Shown piece after piece: positions 11,198 through 24,197 of a stretch of 64,000 nt of DNA. The notes beneath the pieces are model-generated. The model did no database searches, had not been told where the DNA came from, and saw nothing but the letters and a program-made list of their open reading frames with translations. Both the position numbers and the translations under genes were made by a program. The DNA is from Craspedostauros australis. Its lineage: Eukaryota. The stretch spans positions 1-64,000 of the forward strand of contig JALAGF010003865.1 of the NCBI GenBank assembly GCA_030167865.1, read 5' to 3'. Numbering within the stretch: the first letter of the stretch is position 1; every line of letters begins with the position of its first letter.

Positions 11198-14100
11198 CTA
11201 GTCATTCCCACTGTCATCGCTCATGTCTTCGAAGAGATTGAGGTTGTCGGGGATCTTGCTCATGCTGAGGTTGATCTTGGCCGCGCCGCTTTTGGCCGCC
11301 GAATCCTTCTTCTTGCGTTTCTTCGGCTTTCCGTTCATCTGTTCTTCGACTGCGACCGCGAGATGCTCGAATTCGCCCCGATTCTCATCCGCCTTGTCCT
11401 TGACCAGCTGGTAGATTGCCGCTCCTTCCTCAGCAATCATCGACCCACTCCCTGCGACATTGTTTATGATTTCAAATGCACGGTTCAGCCATCAGAAGGA
11501 CAGAAGTTGTGGACGAGTCTGGTGAGAGGAAGAGCGGAGCGAGCACAAGTATCACACGGCCAAACGGCCACACACTCGCGCCCTCTCACTAATCGCACCA
11601 TCCAAGGTACCCATCCACCTCAATGAATAAAACGTGAAACTTCGCAGAACTTACCGTTGAACTTGAGCGCATTCGACTTCATCAGTTCGAAGTCTTTGAG
11701 GAAGGCATCGACAGTTCGGTACTCATACCTACAGAACGTCCAAGTTTCATGGTGTTGCAAGCAAATCAAATCGGAACCATGAAACGGGAGTGTGTTAGAA
11801 TTGCGTTGCGCACTGATAGTGAGTAACTGCATGCATGCATTGAAAGCGACATAATTATCCACATACATTCCGCAACAATTGTCGTGATCATTTTCTTCTT
11901 CATCAATAACCGCGGCATCAACAGCACCATCAATAGTAATGATAGAAGCAACAGATGCAGCGCGCGTTGAGAGACGTACTTCTGAATCCTGTCCCGAATG
12001 GTGGACAGGTCGATCGGATTGCTGATGACCTCGTAGTACTTGGGGATTTCTCTGCGGTTGACCGGTTTGACGAATGCACCGCTGCTCGGTCTGGATTCGA
12101 TCATGGATCGGATGCTTTCCAGACGGTCGGCCATGATCACATGCGGTCGTCTCTCGCGGATGGAACCTCGTTCCTTGCGATTGCTGGTCCCCTTGCGCTT
12201 CGACACTGCGGTGTAGAGTTCGGCCTCCTCTTCCTCTCGCCTGCGCTTCTTCATGCGCTGCTCCTTGGTAACCTTGTTCTTGAGCTTGCCGAATTGGAAT
12301 TCATTCTTTCGGGTCTTCGCGCCGGAACGGCCACGTCGACCACCTCTGCGTTTGAGGGCGTCCCTGCGCCCGCGTGTGTTGTATTCAAAATCGTCTTCAT
12401 CTTCGAACTGTGCATGCCCAACAAGCCTATCATCAGCCTGGTACTCAGGTCGTTCCTTTGGTTTCGGGGGTGCCTTCTCCTTGACTTGCTCGAGCCGTGC
12501 CATGATCTTTCCAACCTCGTCGGGTTTGACGATGAACTGGAACGTCGTTGTCTGGGTACCATCGGGGAAGGTCTTGGTCACCTTCTTTCTAATGACCTTC
12601 CTGTTGGCATACGACAATTTCATGTTTTCCGCCGGCGCCTTGGTGGACGACATGCCCTCACGAGCAGCGCGTTCCTCCTCTTGTTGGCGTTTCAACGCGG
12701 CGTACTCGCGGGCATCCTTGGTGAGATCCTGATCTTGAGCAGCGTTGCGCAGCCTGCCGAGGGACGCATCTCCGCCCATCCCGCCCTTATCGCGTGCCTG
12801 TGCCATCACCAGCTGATTCGCCTCGGGTCTGTCCATCATCTCCTCTTCCAAATCCGCGATGAAGTCGTCGTCTTCCGACTCGGAATCGGACTCTTCCTTG
12901 CTTTCATTCTTTTGTTGCTGGGCGGTCTTCGGGGCTGCGTCGTCCGCCTCGCCAGCACCGCCGACGCCGTCTCCACCGACGGCTCGTCCATCGATGGCAT
13001 CGGCCATGGAAAGCGCGGCCACCTGACGCTTCCAGATGATCTTGATACGGTCACGGTACATCTGCTTCTGCTCCGACAGCTTCATCTTTTCACCACGAGC
13101 AAATCGCTCCAGTCCGTCGCTCATGCCGTCGGAGGCGTTCTTGGTCGAAAGGTCACGGATGACGTGCACGCGATCCCATCGCTTCAGCGTGTCGATCTTC
13201 TTCTGCACCATGCCGTACGATCGTAGAATCCTTGCCATCTGGTTCATCGTCAGCTTACGGAGATCATCGTCGGTTCCCGTGATCTTCTTCATCTGCGCTG
13301 TCTGGGCGGCCGCACCCGCTCCGAGCGATTTGCTTGGCTTGGAATTGACTTCGCGGAGGAAATTGAATGCATCACCAACTCCGCTGGGGTCTCCCATGCC
13401 GGTGAGCTTCATCATTCCAGTTCCTTCTCCCTTCTTGTGCACATCGATGAATTCGCCCGTGATGTGCCACGAGGCCAGTTGCAGCTCCTCGTAAATGAAC
13501 TTGGCCACCTCGTGTTTCTGGCGGATCGTCTTGGAGAACGTGTCTAGATCGGCCGCGACCCTTTCGTAGAAGTTGAGTTGAAGGTTCTGGATGTGCTTGG
13601 CGGACTTGCTGGCCTCATGGAGCTTCTTGAATTTGCGCGCGAGTTCCTTAGCCGCATTCACCTGACCTGCGAGGTAAATCATCGCGACGCCGACGCTGCT
13701 GGTGGCGTGAGACCCGGCAAAGAGCTGGTGGATGCCCAGATCGTTCAACCGACGCACGGTCGCGGATGCCACCTCGAATGCCGCCACGCCTTCTGCTGGG
13801 ATCTGTTTGCCGAGGGCGTCCACGCCTGGATAATCATCCACGCCCGTCGGTTTGCTGGTCCAAATCTGCGTGTTCTTGTCGTACGTCGCCACGAGCTTTA
13901 GACGCTGACGGATGCTGTTGCTCTGGAGTCCCAAATTCGGCAGGACCGAGTGTTGGATTTCATCGAAACGCAGGCCGTGGCCTTCCCTGGATTCTGCTCG
14001 GGACAGGGCCTTGGCGATCTGGTAAGACACGAAGGGACCCACAAAGTTCTTCTCACCTTGCGTGTTGGGTGCGTACACACGGGCGCGCGGCTCCGTCTGG

Positions 14101-16169
14101 CCGACCGTGAAGACGCTGGAGGGGAGTTCGCGAAGGACGACGCCCAAGGACTCGTGACGGCCTGGCATGGACACGCCAGAGTTGCGTCCCAGGATCATGA
14201 GAAAATCTGTCTGCTCCGGTTCATGGCCAAACAGCGGAGCGACAAAGAGATTGCTGATCAATCCAGTGACTGCCTGGCCGTGCTCGATTTCGCCGATGAA
14301 AGGTCCGTGGACCTTGGGATGCAGGATCTCCGTGATACCCTCGGGCAGCACGTTGATCCCGGCATTCTCGTTGCGTTCCTCCCTCGTCTTTTTCGGTATC
14401 TTTCCCACCCACTCCTTCATCGTGGTGGCCGTGAGAGCGTGGTCGGGACCGACGAGCTTGGGCAAGGAATCGAACTTGTTCTGGTTGCTGGATTCGTCCT
14501 TGGTCGTCTTGGACTCCGTGCCGGGTCGCTTGCGTCGAACGGGCCGATCGCCTCCTCCGGCCGACACGGGACATCTCGACTTGTCCCCTCGGTAGTAGGT
14601 CACGATCTTGCTGGACATGCCCTTCGTCATTTGGATGGGCGGCCTTTCCTCGGAGAACTCCAAGAGGATGAGGTTGCCCTCCGTGGGTGACAAGTCGGCC
14701 TCCGTCCGCAGCTTGGCCTTGCTGACTGCGCCAGGGTGCGTCCCCATCATCATGGCTTGGTAGCTGGATGAATTCTCGCCGCCTTGCCCGGTCGTGCTCA
14801 TCTTGCTCTTGGAGACGGTGTTGCCGTTGTAACGGATTTGGAATTGCCAGATCAAGGTGGTGCGCACGATGGCCATGGGGAGCTTGGGTCTGTGGTACTG
14901 CCGCAGCGAGACCTTGGAGAGGTCACGGAAGAGCACGTGATTGGACACCATGTCGAGCTGTTCGATGTACTCGGTGTCATGGATGGCGTTGCCCACGTGC
15001 CTGGAGGGACGGCCTGTGCGTTCCGTACCTCCGGGTCCCATCAGGGAACTGGTGATGGTGCGTCCCTTACCGCTTCCAAGCACGCCGAGCGTGCCCAAGG
15101 CGTCCTTGACACGATCCGTCTTGTCCTTGGCCATCTGACGACGCTTTGCCTGCTGCTGCGCGATGAAGCGCGCCATCTTTTCCCTGTCCGTCTGCAAGGA
15201 GCGGCTGTTGAGTTCGGCGGTCGTGACGTCGCTCTTCCAGTTGGCTTGGATGCGGTTTTGATACTCCTCCGATTTGACGGCTGGCAGAGGACGGTGCGAT
15301 GGCAGCAGTTGCTTGGAGACAGAACGCCCGGCGACGCCCAATTCCAGAACCAGAGGTTGGTTCTTGATGCGTTCCATGGCGTCGGCTCTGGAACCGGACC
15401 AGCTGATCATGCTTTCCAGAGTCCCGGATATGTCTTCAAGGAACGGGTTGCGCTTCTTCGCCAGCAGGTCCTGCGGGTCGATTCTGTTGATCAGCACTTC
15501 GTCGGCGGATTGACGCTGCTGCTGCAGCTGGCTCTGTGTTTGATTCTGCCCTTGAGTTGCTGCCTGCGATGCTGGTGCATCGGGCTTCTTGTATCCGTCC
15601 CATTCGATCTTGTTCTCCCAGTCGCTGAGCTCCACCTGATGGAACTTGGATGGGATGCGCAGCACGTGGGTGGGTTGTTTGTAGGGACGCTGCGGTTTGA
15701 GAAAGCTTCTCTTGCTTTTGCCGTTGGTGCCGTCTTCACCGTCTTCGGAATTGTCAGATGTCTCCTTCCTCGTGACCGCGGCCGCTTCGTCCTCCTCGTT
15801 TGCATTGTCCGCCGACTTGAAGTGCTGCTGATGAATGGGTGTCTTTGAGACAAGCTGCATGACAAGACGGATGGTCTCTTCATCCGCTTCGCTCTTCTTT
15901 TGGTTGCGACTCGTCGCGTCCGTCTGCGATGCCTTGCCATCCCGATCGCCGTTCTTGCCGCCGTTGAGGGAATCGTCGTCATCATCGTCGTCGTGATCAT
16001 CATCATCATCGCTGAGGTTGCTGGTGTCCTTGGGCGGATCATGCCGATGGGCCTTGTTGCTGCGCTTCAGCACATCGCGGGGGATGACTCGCGAGAGGTT
16101 GGCCGGTCTGAAGCCACGCGTCAGCAATCCCTCGAAGTCGATCTGCGGCGCTGACAAGGATGACGCCAT
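11198..16169 (-). CDS. TAF1: Transcription initiation factor TFIID subunit 1; exons 16169-11980, 11728-11655, 11451-11198
   Basis: TAF1 core motifs YHRPKL, EFSEERPP..KGMSSKIVTYYR, SNLFVAP, TDFLMI, GQTEP, EELQLASW, LTGMGDPSGVG, ITGTDDDLRKL, RWDRV. A C-terminal bromodomain (FVKPVNRREIPKYYEVISNPIDL...NALKFNG) is completed by two phase-compatible introns. Confidence 0.93.
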
Positions 16170-16398
16170 GGTCGACTACGATGCGTGGTCACCTTTGGTT
16201 GTCTCCTTGATGGTTGGATGAATGGCTGGCTGGCTGGCTGGCTTGCCGATGTTGTCAGCAGCGTGATATGGACGCAGAGTACTCTACTATGCGACCTGGT
16301 CCAAGGACACCTTCCTGATGCGAGCAGACCCAGAATTCACGCGAAGCAATGAATGCGGTACAATCCAGAGATTGTGGTCGCCGTGCCTTCCTTTCTCA

Positions 16399-16425
<27 letters not shown>
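16399..16425 (+). repeat. (CT)n microsatellite upstream of TAF1
   Basis: Read directly. Confidence 0.9.
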
Positions 16426-16431
<6 letters not shown>

Positions 16432-16856
16432 TGCACACCTCGGACACGCCGCTTCCAAGTCCGCCCAATCCTCTATTCTTTCATTCCTGGTGGCCAAACC
16501 CACACCGAATGAGAGATGTTGAGTGGGCGAGTATTGGGGTGTCTCCTTGTGTTTCTTTGTTGTTGTTGTTGTCGTTGTCACCACATCGTCGAGAAACACG
16601 CCAAGAACACCAGCGAACTGAATCACGAACACAATCACGAATCACAATGAGGTGACACGTTTGGGATGGAGAGACCGCGCCAATGTCTGGAGACACGCAC
16701 ATGCTGGCTGCTCATCGTATGTACCAATACCTATAATACCTATGCTACCGATAATACCATACGGCTATTAGGAGACCGTACTATGCTTCCGCGAACGCTC
16801 ATGCATACTCGTATGCGTAGAGCGTGTTGCAATGATTGCCCATCGAGATCCCGTGC

Positions 16857-17795
16857 TCATTCTGCCGCGTTATCAACGGCATCCGCCGGAGCGTTGTCCA
16901 GGCTCTGGTTGAGCTCCTCGATGGTGCGCTCCTGCATCTCGTGGATGTTGTTGAGCTGCTCCAGCTTGGACTCCGTCTCCTCGAGCTCGTTTTCCAGATC
17001 GGCGATGCTCGTGGTGACGGATGCGCTGGCCTTCTCCTTGAGGCGTTCCAGCTCCTTCTGGTTGTCCTGTATGCGATCGTCGTACTCGGTCTGCATCTCC
17101 GCCTTCTGCTCCTCCAGCAACTCCAGCTGCTTGCGCAGCTCGAGCTCGGTGCGACAGCGGTCCTCGACGATGTCGGAGATCTCCTTCTTGAGGGAGTTGA
17201 CCACCTCCTCGCAGGATTGCTCGACCTGCGCCATCTGATGGGCCGTGGCGTCCATCTTCTTGACGGCCTTGGCGAGCTGCGACTGGAGCTTCATGACGTA
17301 CTGCGAGTCGACACCGCCCTTTGGTGCCACGCCCTTGATGAGGTTGGCGTACTCGTGGATGGCGTCCTTGTCGTGCATGTCCTTCTCCAATGCCTCGAGA
17401 CGCTCCTCGACGGCCTTGGTCTGGCGCTTGAGACGCTCGACCTCGATGCGGTGCAGGATGGCCTCCTTCATCTGTCGCAGGCGCTCCTCCTCGAGCTCCT
17501 TCTGCAGGGCCGAAAGTTCCTGATGCTTCTCGAGCCTCGTCTTTTCCAGACTGGAGATGCTGGCGTCGCGGGCACGCACTTGCTTCTCCAGATCGCCACG
17601 TTCTCCGTCGTCCTCTTCTTCCACCAGCGCGGGATCGGCGATGGGGGATGTCGGGATGTCGACGTTTGGTGCCGACTGCGGTGTGGGCGACGGCATTCCG
17701 CCTCCGGCAGCGGCCTCGTTTTCGCCGTTGGCTGGGCCGTCATCGTTTGCGGCGCCGCCGCCCTGCGATTCGTTCCTTCGGAATCGGGCAAACAT
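16857..17795 (-). CDS. Uncharacterised acidic coiled-coil protein (paralogue A)
   Basis: About 312 aa from ATG 17795, strong coding bias, heptad-rich. Shares the DSxYVMxxQxQLxKA motif with the gene at 19333. Confidence 0.85.
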   Translation of the reverse strand: MFARFRRNESQGGGAANDDGPANGENEAAAGGGMPSPTPQSAPNVDIPTSPIADPALVEEEDDGERGDLEKQVRARDASISSLEKTRLEKHQELSALQKELEEERLRQMKEAILHRIEVERLKRQTKAVEERLEALEKDMHDKDAIHEYANLIKGVAPKGGVDSQYVMKLQSQLAKAVKKMDATAHQMAQVEQSCEEVVNSLKKEISDIVEDRCRTELELRKQLELLEEQKAEMQTEYDDRIQDNQKELERLKEKASASVTTSIADLENELEETESKLEQLNNIHEMQERTIEELNQSLDNAPADAVDNAAE

Positions 17796-18964
17796 CTTTC
17801 TCAATGGGTCTTTCTGGTGGCACTGTTTCTGTTTTCTGTTCGCTGTTGTTGCAATTGTTGTGACGAATGCTGGTGTATTGGTGGCTCGTACCGATGTGGT
17901 ATTGTGCTTGCACTATTATATATGTCGTTGTTGGCGTTGTCGTTGTCGTTGTCGTCGTTGTCGTTGGTGGTTGTGAATTGATTGAATGCCTGACGAGTTG
18001 GCTGGCTGACTCCCTTGTCGGCGCCGATACGATACTCCTGTCACCCCTCTGTTCCAAAGTGCGCAAGTATATTCCGTCGCGTTCCGGAATGATGGTTGGT
18101 GGTTGATGTCGAAGATGATGATCGATGATGACTCGGAGAGGGCCAACAGAGAGGGAGGAGAGAGGCAGATGGTTCAGTGCGAACACCAAATTCAGCCGCT
18201 GAGTATCTTCGTCTCCCGCGACAACAACGGCAGTAGCGACGACAGCAACAACAGCAACAAAAGCAAGGAAGGAGTCACAGCACCAACGGCAAGAACGGCA
18301 AGAACGCCAAGAACGACAGCGACGATGAAAACAGCGGCAGAATTCGGACGTTTGTTGTGGCGGGAGGAGAAGCCAAAATGCCAGTCATTCCCGTGAGGCA
18401 CGTTTGAGATCGTGATTGAACTCTTTTTTGGGGATCTGCAAGACTCAACTGCCAAAAAAGCAAAAATCGTGACTGGTTTTCCCATGGATCGTCGCGAGAA
18501 ACTTGTGCCGCTGTCCGGAACGCAAAACCCATTCACCATCCGACAGGATTGCGTCGATGTCGAGAGATCTCTGGAGAGAGTCGTCAGGAAGAGAAAGAGA
18601 CGTGGATGATGCTGTGGTAACTGCATCGTCGACAAAACAATCAGCAGCAACAGCGACAGCAGCAGCAGCAGCAAGGAACGGCAATCGTATTACAAACAGC
18701 AGCAATCACAGCGAAGGACGCGGCAACAACCGATACGTCCCATTTGCAGGACCAGCTTGACCATTGGACTTGCGAACCGGAGCGTGAAGGATCACCATTT
18801 GCAATCGAATCGAATCGAGGTGAATCGAATTGGATAGCTTGGGAGAGTGTACTCGAGATTGGAGCAGCACTACTCTACAATACACACAACCGTACCAGAA
18901 AGTCCATTACGTTCGGCACCTCATCAAGTCCAGCATCAGGTTCAGATTCAGCTTCAGTGCAACG

Positions 18965-19000
18965 ACCAATCCAACAACCAATCCAACAACCAATCCAGCA
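18965..19000 (+). repeat. 12-bp tandem repeat (ACCAATCCAACA)x3 containing CCAAT
   Basis: Read directly; third copy has one mismatch. Lies between the divergent coiled-coil genes. Confidence 0.8.
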
Positions 19001-19332
19001 AGTACCCAAGTTGTGAGCGTTCCCCAAACTTCGCAACATCATCCACTCTGCGGATACTCGAAGGCGCTTCGCACTTGGCCTGCAACATCCCAGTGGTACA
19101 ATAGTTCAATTCATGACTGTTCATCGCAGCCATCGACATCGGCTCGTTCAATCAGACACATCCACCTTGTACCGCTCCGCGTACTCGCACACGACTACTC
19201 GATAGCATTACACCATACAAAAAACAACAGCGAAGAGCACTCCACCTGAGTTGACTCATCCTGCGACAGTCACAACCACAATCACGGCTACTGCCACAGC
19301 TATTTCGACATCTGTCATTCGAGTATATCACC

Positions 19333-20208
19333 ATGGAGGAAGAACTGCTGAGGGAAATGATCCGCGACCGCGATGCCCAGATCACGCTCATCCAGCGCAA
19401 GGTCGAGGACTCCGACAAGAAGACTGCCCGGTTCACCAGCGAACTCAACGAGCTGCGCGCCGAACGCACGCAGACGAAGGGCGAACTGGAGAAGGAACGG
19501 GAGCAGCTGCTGCGACGGTACCGCAAGCTCGTGGAGGAGCACAGCCAGCAGAAGGATCAGATGGACATGAAGAAGCAGCAGGCGCAGGCGCAGGGGACCA
19601 CGCTGCATGCCTACACGGAGGTCATGAAGACCGTGGCGACGCCCGAATCCAGGGACTCGTCCTACGTCATGCGCATGCAGGCGCAGCTATGCAAGGCGAT
19701 GCACAGCATGGGGATGATCGAGAATCAGCTGGCGATGACCAACAAGCACGCGGATCAGATACAAAAGTTCCTCAAGGAATGCAACACGGGAATGGTGGAG
19801 GAGAAGTCGCAGGTGGAGCTCAAGCTCATGAACGATCTCGTCATCCAGGACAACGAGCGGCGAGAGATCGAGACCAAGCACAAGGGCATGATGGAGACCT
19901 TCTGGTCGGAGAAGGATGCGCTGGAGCAGAAGATCGAGGATGCGCAGAACAGGAATGCCAACAGCGACGACGAAGATGAAGAGGACGATGAGGAAGAACG
20001 CGAAGAGCTCATGGAGATATTAACGCAGGGTCAGGAGGAGATTGAACGCATGCAGGCGGAGGTCGCAAAGAAGATACAGCAGATCAAGGACCTCAAGGTC
20101 AAGGCCGGCGACGATTCGCCCGATATTGATTACGAGCAGTTAGCTGCTGCGGCCAGCGCGGGAAATGACGACAGCGATGCCAGCGACGACAGCGACGATG
20201 ACGATTAG
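19333..20208 (+). CDS. Uncharacterised acidic coiled-coil protein (paralogue B)
   Basis: 291-aa ATG ORF with caccATGG context, heptad-rich, acidic tail, motif DSSYVMRMQAQLCKA. Confidence 0.88.
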   Translation: MEEELLREMIRDRDAQITLIQRKVEDSDKKTARFTSELNELRAERTQTKGELEKEREQLLRRYRKLVEEHSQQKDQMDMKKQQAQAQGTTLHAYTEVMKTVATPESRDSSYVMRMQAQLCKAMHSMGMIENQLAMTNKHADQIQKFLKECNTGMVEEKSQVELKLMNDLVIQDNERREIETKHKGMMETFWSEKDALEQKIEDAQNRNANSDDEDEEDDEEEREELMEILTQGQEEIERMQAEVAKKIQQIKDLKVKAGDDSPDIDYEQLAAAASAGNDDSDASDDSDDDD

Positions 20209-20870
20209 AGGAGCCTGGTGGCAAGGGAGTGACTGGAATGACGGACGGACGAATTTGCCGATCATGCAATGCCCTACACATCACATTCTGCCATGTCAAG
20301 CATTCTTGTGCCCCTCGTTTTTCAACTCTCCGTATCAATGGTGCCATTACGATGATGTGTGATGGTTGTAGTACCATAGGTAGTACAACTAAGTGCCACT
20401 CTTGAAGCCCCGGCAATTAATATCTTTGGAGTATGTGGTCAACAACACTTGCGGTACACAGCACTATCGACCTCAGAGACTAAAATTGTGTTGTCGATGT
20501 TCACATCAAACAGCGCGTAATACATCAGCTCGTCGCATAAGAGGACGGAAAAGCAGCAACAGGGCACCACGTGCCGAACACTGAATCATGGCATCTTGGA
20601 GTGCCATGCAATGTGCGATGGGCAAGCTGCGTTTTGCTTTGGCCCGCAACCGCATGCTCTGAAGACGAGAATCTGCGACAACCATGACATCACGCGAGCA
20701 AAGTACGAATTTAGTGATATTCAACTACGAGTGCTACGTATGTTGTGAGATGCAGCGACTTGCGACAGCCGTTGCAACCTCCCAATCATGATTGCATGAC
20801 AAGGCCCTGCGGGTTGATTGATCCTTTGATCCTTTGACCCGACTCTACGTCGCAGGCACAAGTGCACAAT

Positions 20871-22684
20871 TTACTCATCTTCGTCGAAGCCAACCGTCTC
20901 GACCTTCATGGTTGCGTCGACCTGTTGATACTCCGCCATGATGCCGCGGATCTGCGCTCTCATCTGTCGCTGCGATCGTTGCCATTGGATGATGCCGATA
21001 CACGCAAGGCAGACTGTGAGGCCGACCAAGGACGTGACGAAGACAGGGGTGGACACGGAATTGGAAGGCTCCTCGACTAGGCTCTCGGCGCATTCTTCCG
21101 TCTTGATGCATTCCAGAACATCGCGGCAGTACCGGCAGGTCTTGCAAACAGCCGGTTGGGAGGAGTCTGGGAATGCAGCGCAGATGGCCTCGAAGGTTTC
21201 TGCCGTGGTGAATGCGCCTCTCAGCGGCGTCTTGTTGACGTAGAACGAGGGCAGGACGATGACTCCCGTGGCCTCCTTCTGGGCGAGCTCGGATTCCACG
21301 ATTTTATTCTCCACGTTGCCCTCGAAGCCGCCTGAATCTTCCATGCAGGCCTGGATCCTGGAAGGGCTGACACCTGCCGCTGACATGGCATCCTTGATGC
21401 ACTCCTCGTTCGTGAAGTGCTTGTCGTTGCATCTGTAGAGAAACTCCTCGACGTACAGCCACCATTCCAACCCCATGCCGTCCTTGCCGTACTCGTCCCA
21501 AATACAAAGACGACGCACACTCTCCTCCACCACATCGACGCCCGTCACACCGCCGTTGATGCTGTCAGGGTCCATGAGGCAGTAACGTCCGCTGTTGGTG
21601 CACAAAGTGGAGCACTGGTTGGTCTGTTCGTATGTCTGGCATCCGGCCTTGATGCCATCGAACATGTACATATGCGGCGTGAAGGTCGCGTGTCCCTTGA
21701 GGGCCTTGACGACGTGGCGGAAATCACGCATGAGAGGACGGCTGGTGTCGTCTGTGGGTGTGGACCAGATTTCGTACTCGACCGTGTCGCCCTCCTGCGG
21801 CAAGCTCCATGCCATTTTCGCGCGGACGCTCTGGTTGTCCAGCAGGACCTTCTTGATGGGATCGGCCTCCTGCTTGAAGACGAGGAAGGCTGGGATTTGG
21901 ATGTCAGCCCCAGATCCATCATCGGCCATGATGGGTTCCGAGGTTTCGCATTTGTCGTCGGGGTCGTCCATGATGCACTTGCCCGCCGCAGCGCACAGGC
22001 ATTTGTCGTCGGCGATGAGCACCGCGGAAGCGCCTGCCCGTTGGGCGTTGCGCACCTTCTTGACGAAGCTGCAATCTCCGCGATCCACCATCATGATGAA
22101 CGGCGCCTGCATGCGGATCATCTGTCCATCGTCCGCCTGTGGTCTTTGTGGATAACCGCCACGGGAGTAATCGATTTTGAGATCGCACATTGTTTCGTCA
22201 GCGTAGTACACCGTTGCCTCGATGCTCTTGCCGTACGGCGGGTCGCCGAACAGCGCTTCCATGTGCTCGTACCCACCTTCCTTCTTCAGCGACGGTGGGA
22301 TCTATTCCGTTATATTATATTGTATTTTGCAGTATTCGTTGGTATGGAAGGGTAAGGGTAATGGTGTGGTAATGGGCGTATCATCGCGTTGGAACCATAC
22401 CGTGCCACGTTTAGTGATTGTGTTGCGGATAGAGCAGAGCAGTGGATGGTTAAAGAGTAATATCATATTTTATGAATGTACGTGCGTATGGTTAGAAGTG
22501 CATCAACGAGGTCGACGATAACAGCACATACAGAGGCTGTTCGTTCATCCGCATAGCTCGTACTCCAGAGAGCGGATCGCACGCATGTCGCTTCTTGTCT
22601 ACATCCTCGGTGATGTTGGAGGTCCCAAGGACATTTGATGGTGCTGCTGCTGCTGTGGCCAAGGATTCGTCATGCTTGCCCAAG

Positions 22685-22720
<36 letters not shown>

Positions 22721-22897
22721 GTCCTGCGATCACACATCATGCATCCCAGCACACCATCGCAGAGCAGAGCATGGTCCAACACAACTCACTTGGATCTGGA
22801 GCTTGCTCGACGTCGAGGCCCTGGCTGTTCCCAATGACAGCATGCACGCGATGGCTACCGCGATGCCCACTGCTGATTGAACGGAGAAGAATCTCAT
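20871..22897 (-). CDS. VSR: Vacuolar sorting receptor (VSR/BP-80)-like PA-domain protein, copy 1; exons 22897-22790, 22301-20871
   Basis: Signal peptide exon. ALFGDPPYG, MVDRGDCSFVKKVRNAQRAGA (PA domain), CTNSGRYC..DP, RRLCIW, one TM helix, tail IRGIMAEYQQV. Confidence 0.88.
22686..22716 (+). repeat. (CT)n microsatellite in the intron of VSR copy 1
   Basis: Read directly. Confidence 0.9.
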
Positions 22898-24197
22898 CTT
22901 TTCGCAGGGCACGATTCTGGTGGAGTGGAGCAATGTCCTGTGGTGGTTTCCAATGGTGTCTGTCTGTGTCGATCAGAAGCAGGCGGAGGCAGATACTCTG
23001 TGTCCTTCCTTCTGTGTTTGTTGTTTTGCTATCTTTCTTGTTTGTTTGTCTCCTTGCTCGTGCCGCCTGTTTGTACTGGATGCGTGTGGTGGGATGGTGA
23101 ACGACCAAAACAGATCGCAAATTTGTCGGATGCAGAAAGTCAGAGACAACACGAGGCGCCGCAGGGGTGCTGCGAGGTCGTGCGAAACGGCCAAGTGATC
23201 CAACAGTCACATGAGGGATGAGCAGAGCACAAAAAGAGAAACAAGAGGCAACCACGATGACCACGACGACAATTGCCACCAACGCGCAAACACGAACAAC
23301 CGGGCACCAAGCAAGAACATGTTGGAAGTCAACGTGGATTTAGATCAATCGGCAATAGTTGCATTGACTAAAATTCAAAGTCATTCCAAGATCTCCCCAA
23401 TTGCGTTGAAATGAAATTCGTTCACATGACCAAAAATATACTATTGCAATTGTATGTATTGTACTACCGCAAACCCCATCGTTGAACACACGGACAAACA
23501 ACGAGAACAAGAACTACTGCTCGCTGGGCAGGAAGCACGAGTCTGTTGTTTGTGTATCGTTTTGCGTGCAACCAAGCATCAATGTTTGGAGGGACTTCCT
23601 TAGACTTGGCTGTTGAAGTGAACACACGACAACATGGCGGGGGCTAACGATATCTTAACGCTCTCAATGTCGTATTATGTTAAATCCTGAGTCCGGCATC
23701 TATGAGGAACGACATTGTGTCGGACACACATTCAAAGTCGTGTGTGGTTCAATGTTCTGTTCTGTAATTCGATTGGGGCGCTGTGTCGTGGCGCGCACCT
23801 TCTTGACAAGTCACCCTTGCGAAAAGGAAAGGAAACGAACAAGAAACAACAAGACGAAAAAAGAGGAGAGCATTTTGCCACGCCATGCGCTTCTGCGAGC
23901 ACGAACAACAGCGTGCAATCACCCAAACATGCCCTCGCGAAGCGCAACGGTTGTCACTGCCTTTGTGACTTTGGCGTCATCCCACGGAGGCCAAAGTCCC
24001 CTCTCCGTCGTTCTGTGTTGTTGTGTCTCCACGAATCAGCTGCATTGCACGAGAATTTGCCGCAACAGGATTTTCTGTGCTGCGACATCTCATCACAATA
24101 AAAACAAAAGCGGCCAGAAATCACACCAAGAGAGAGTATCGCAAGAATCCTCAGTCGCACAATCTCACGCACGCAGAGAAGCAGGAAAGAACTGACC

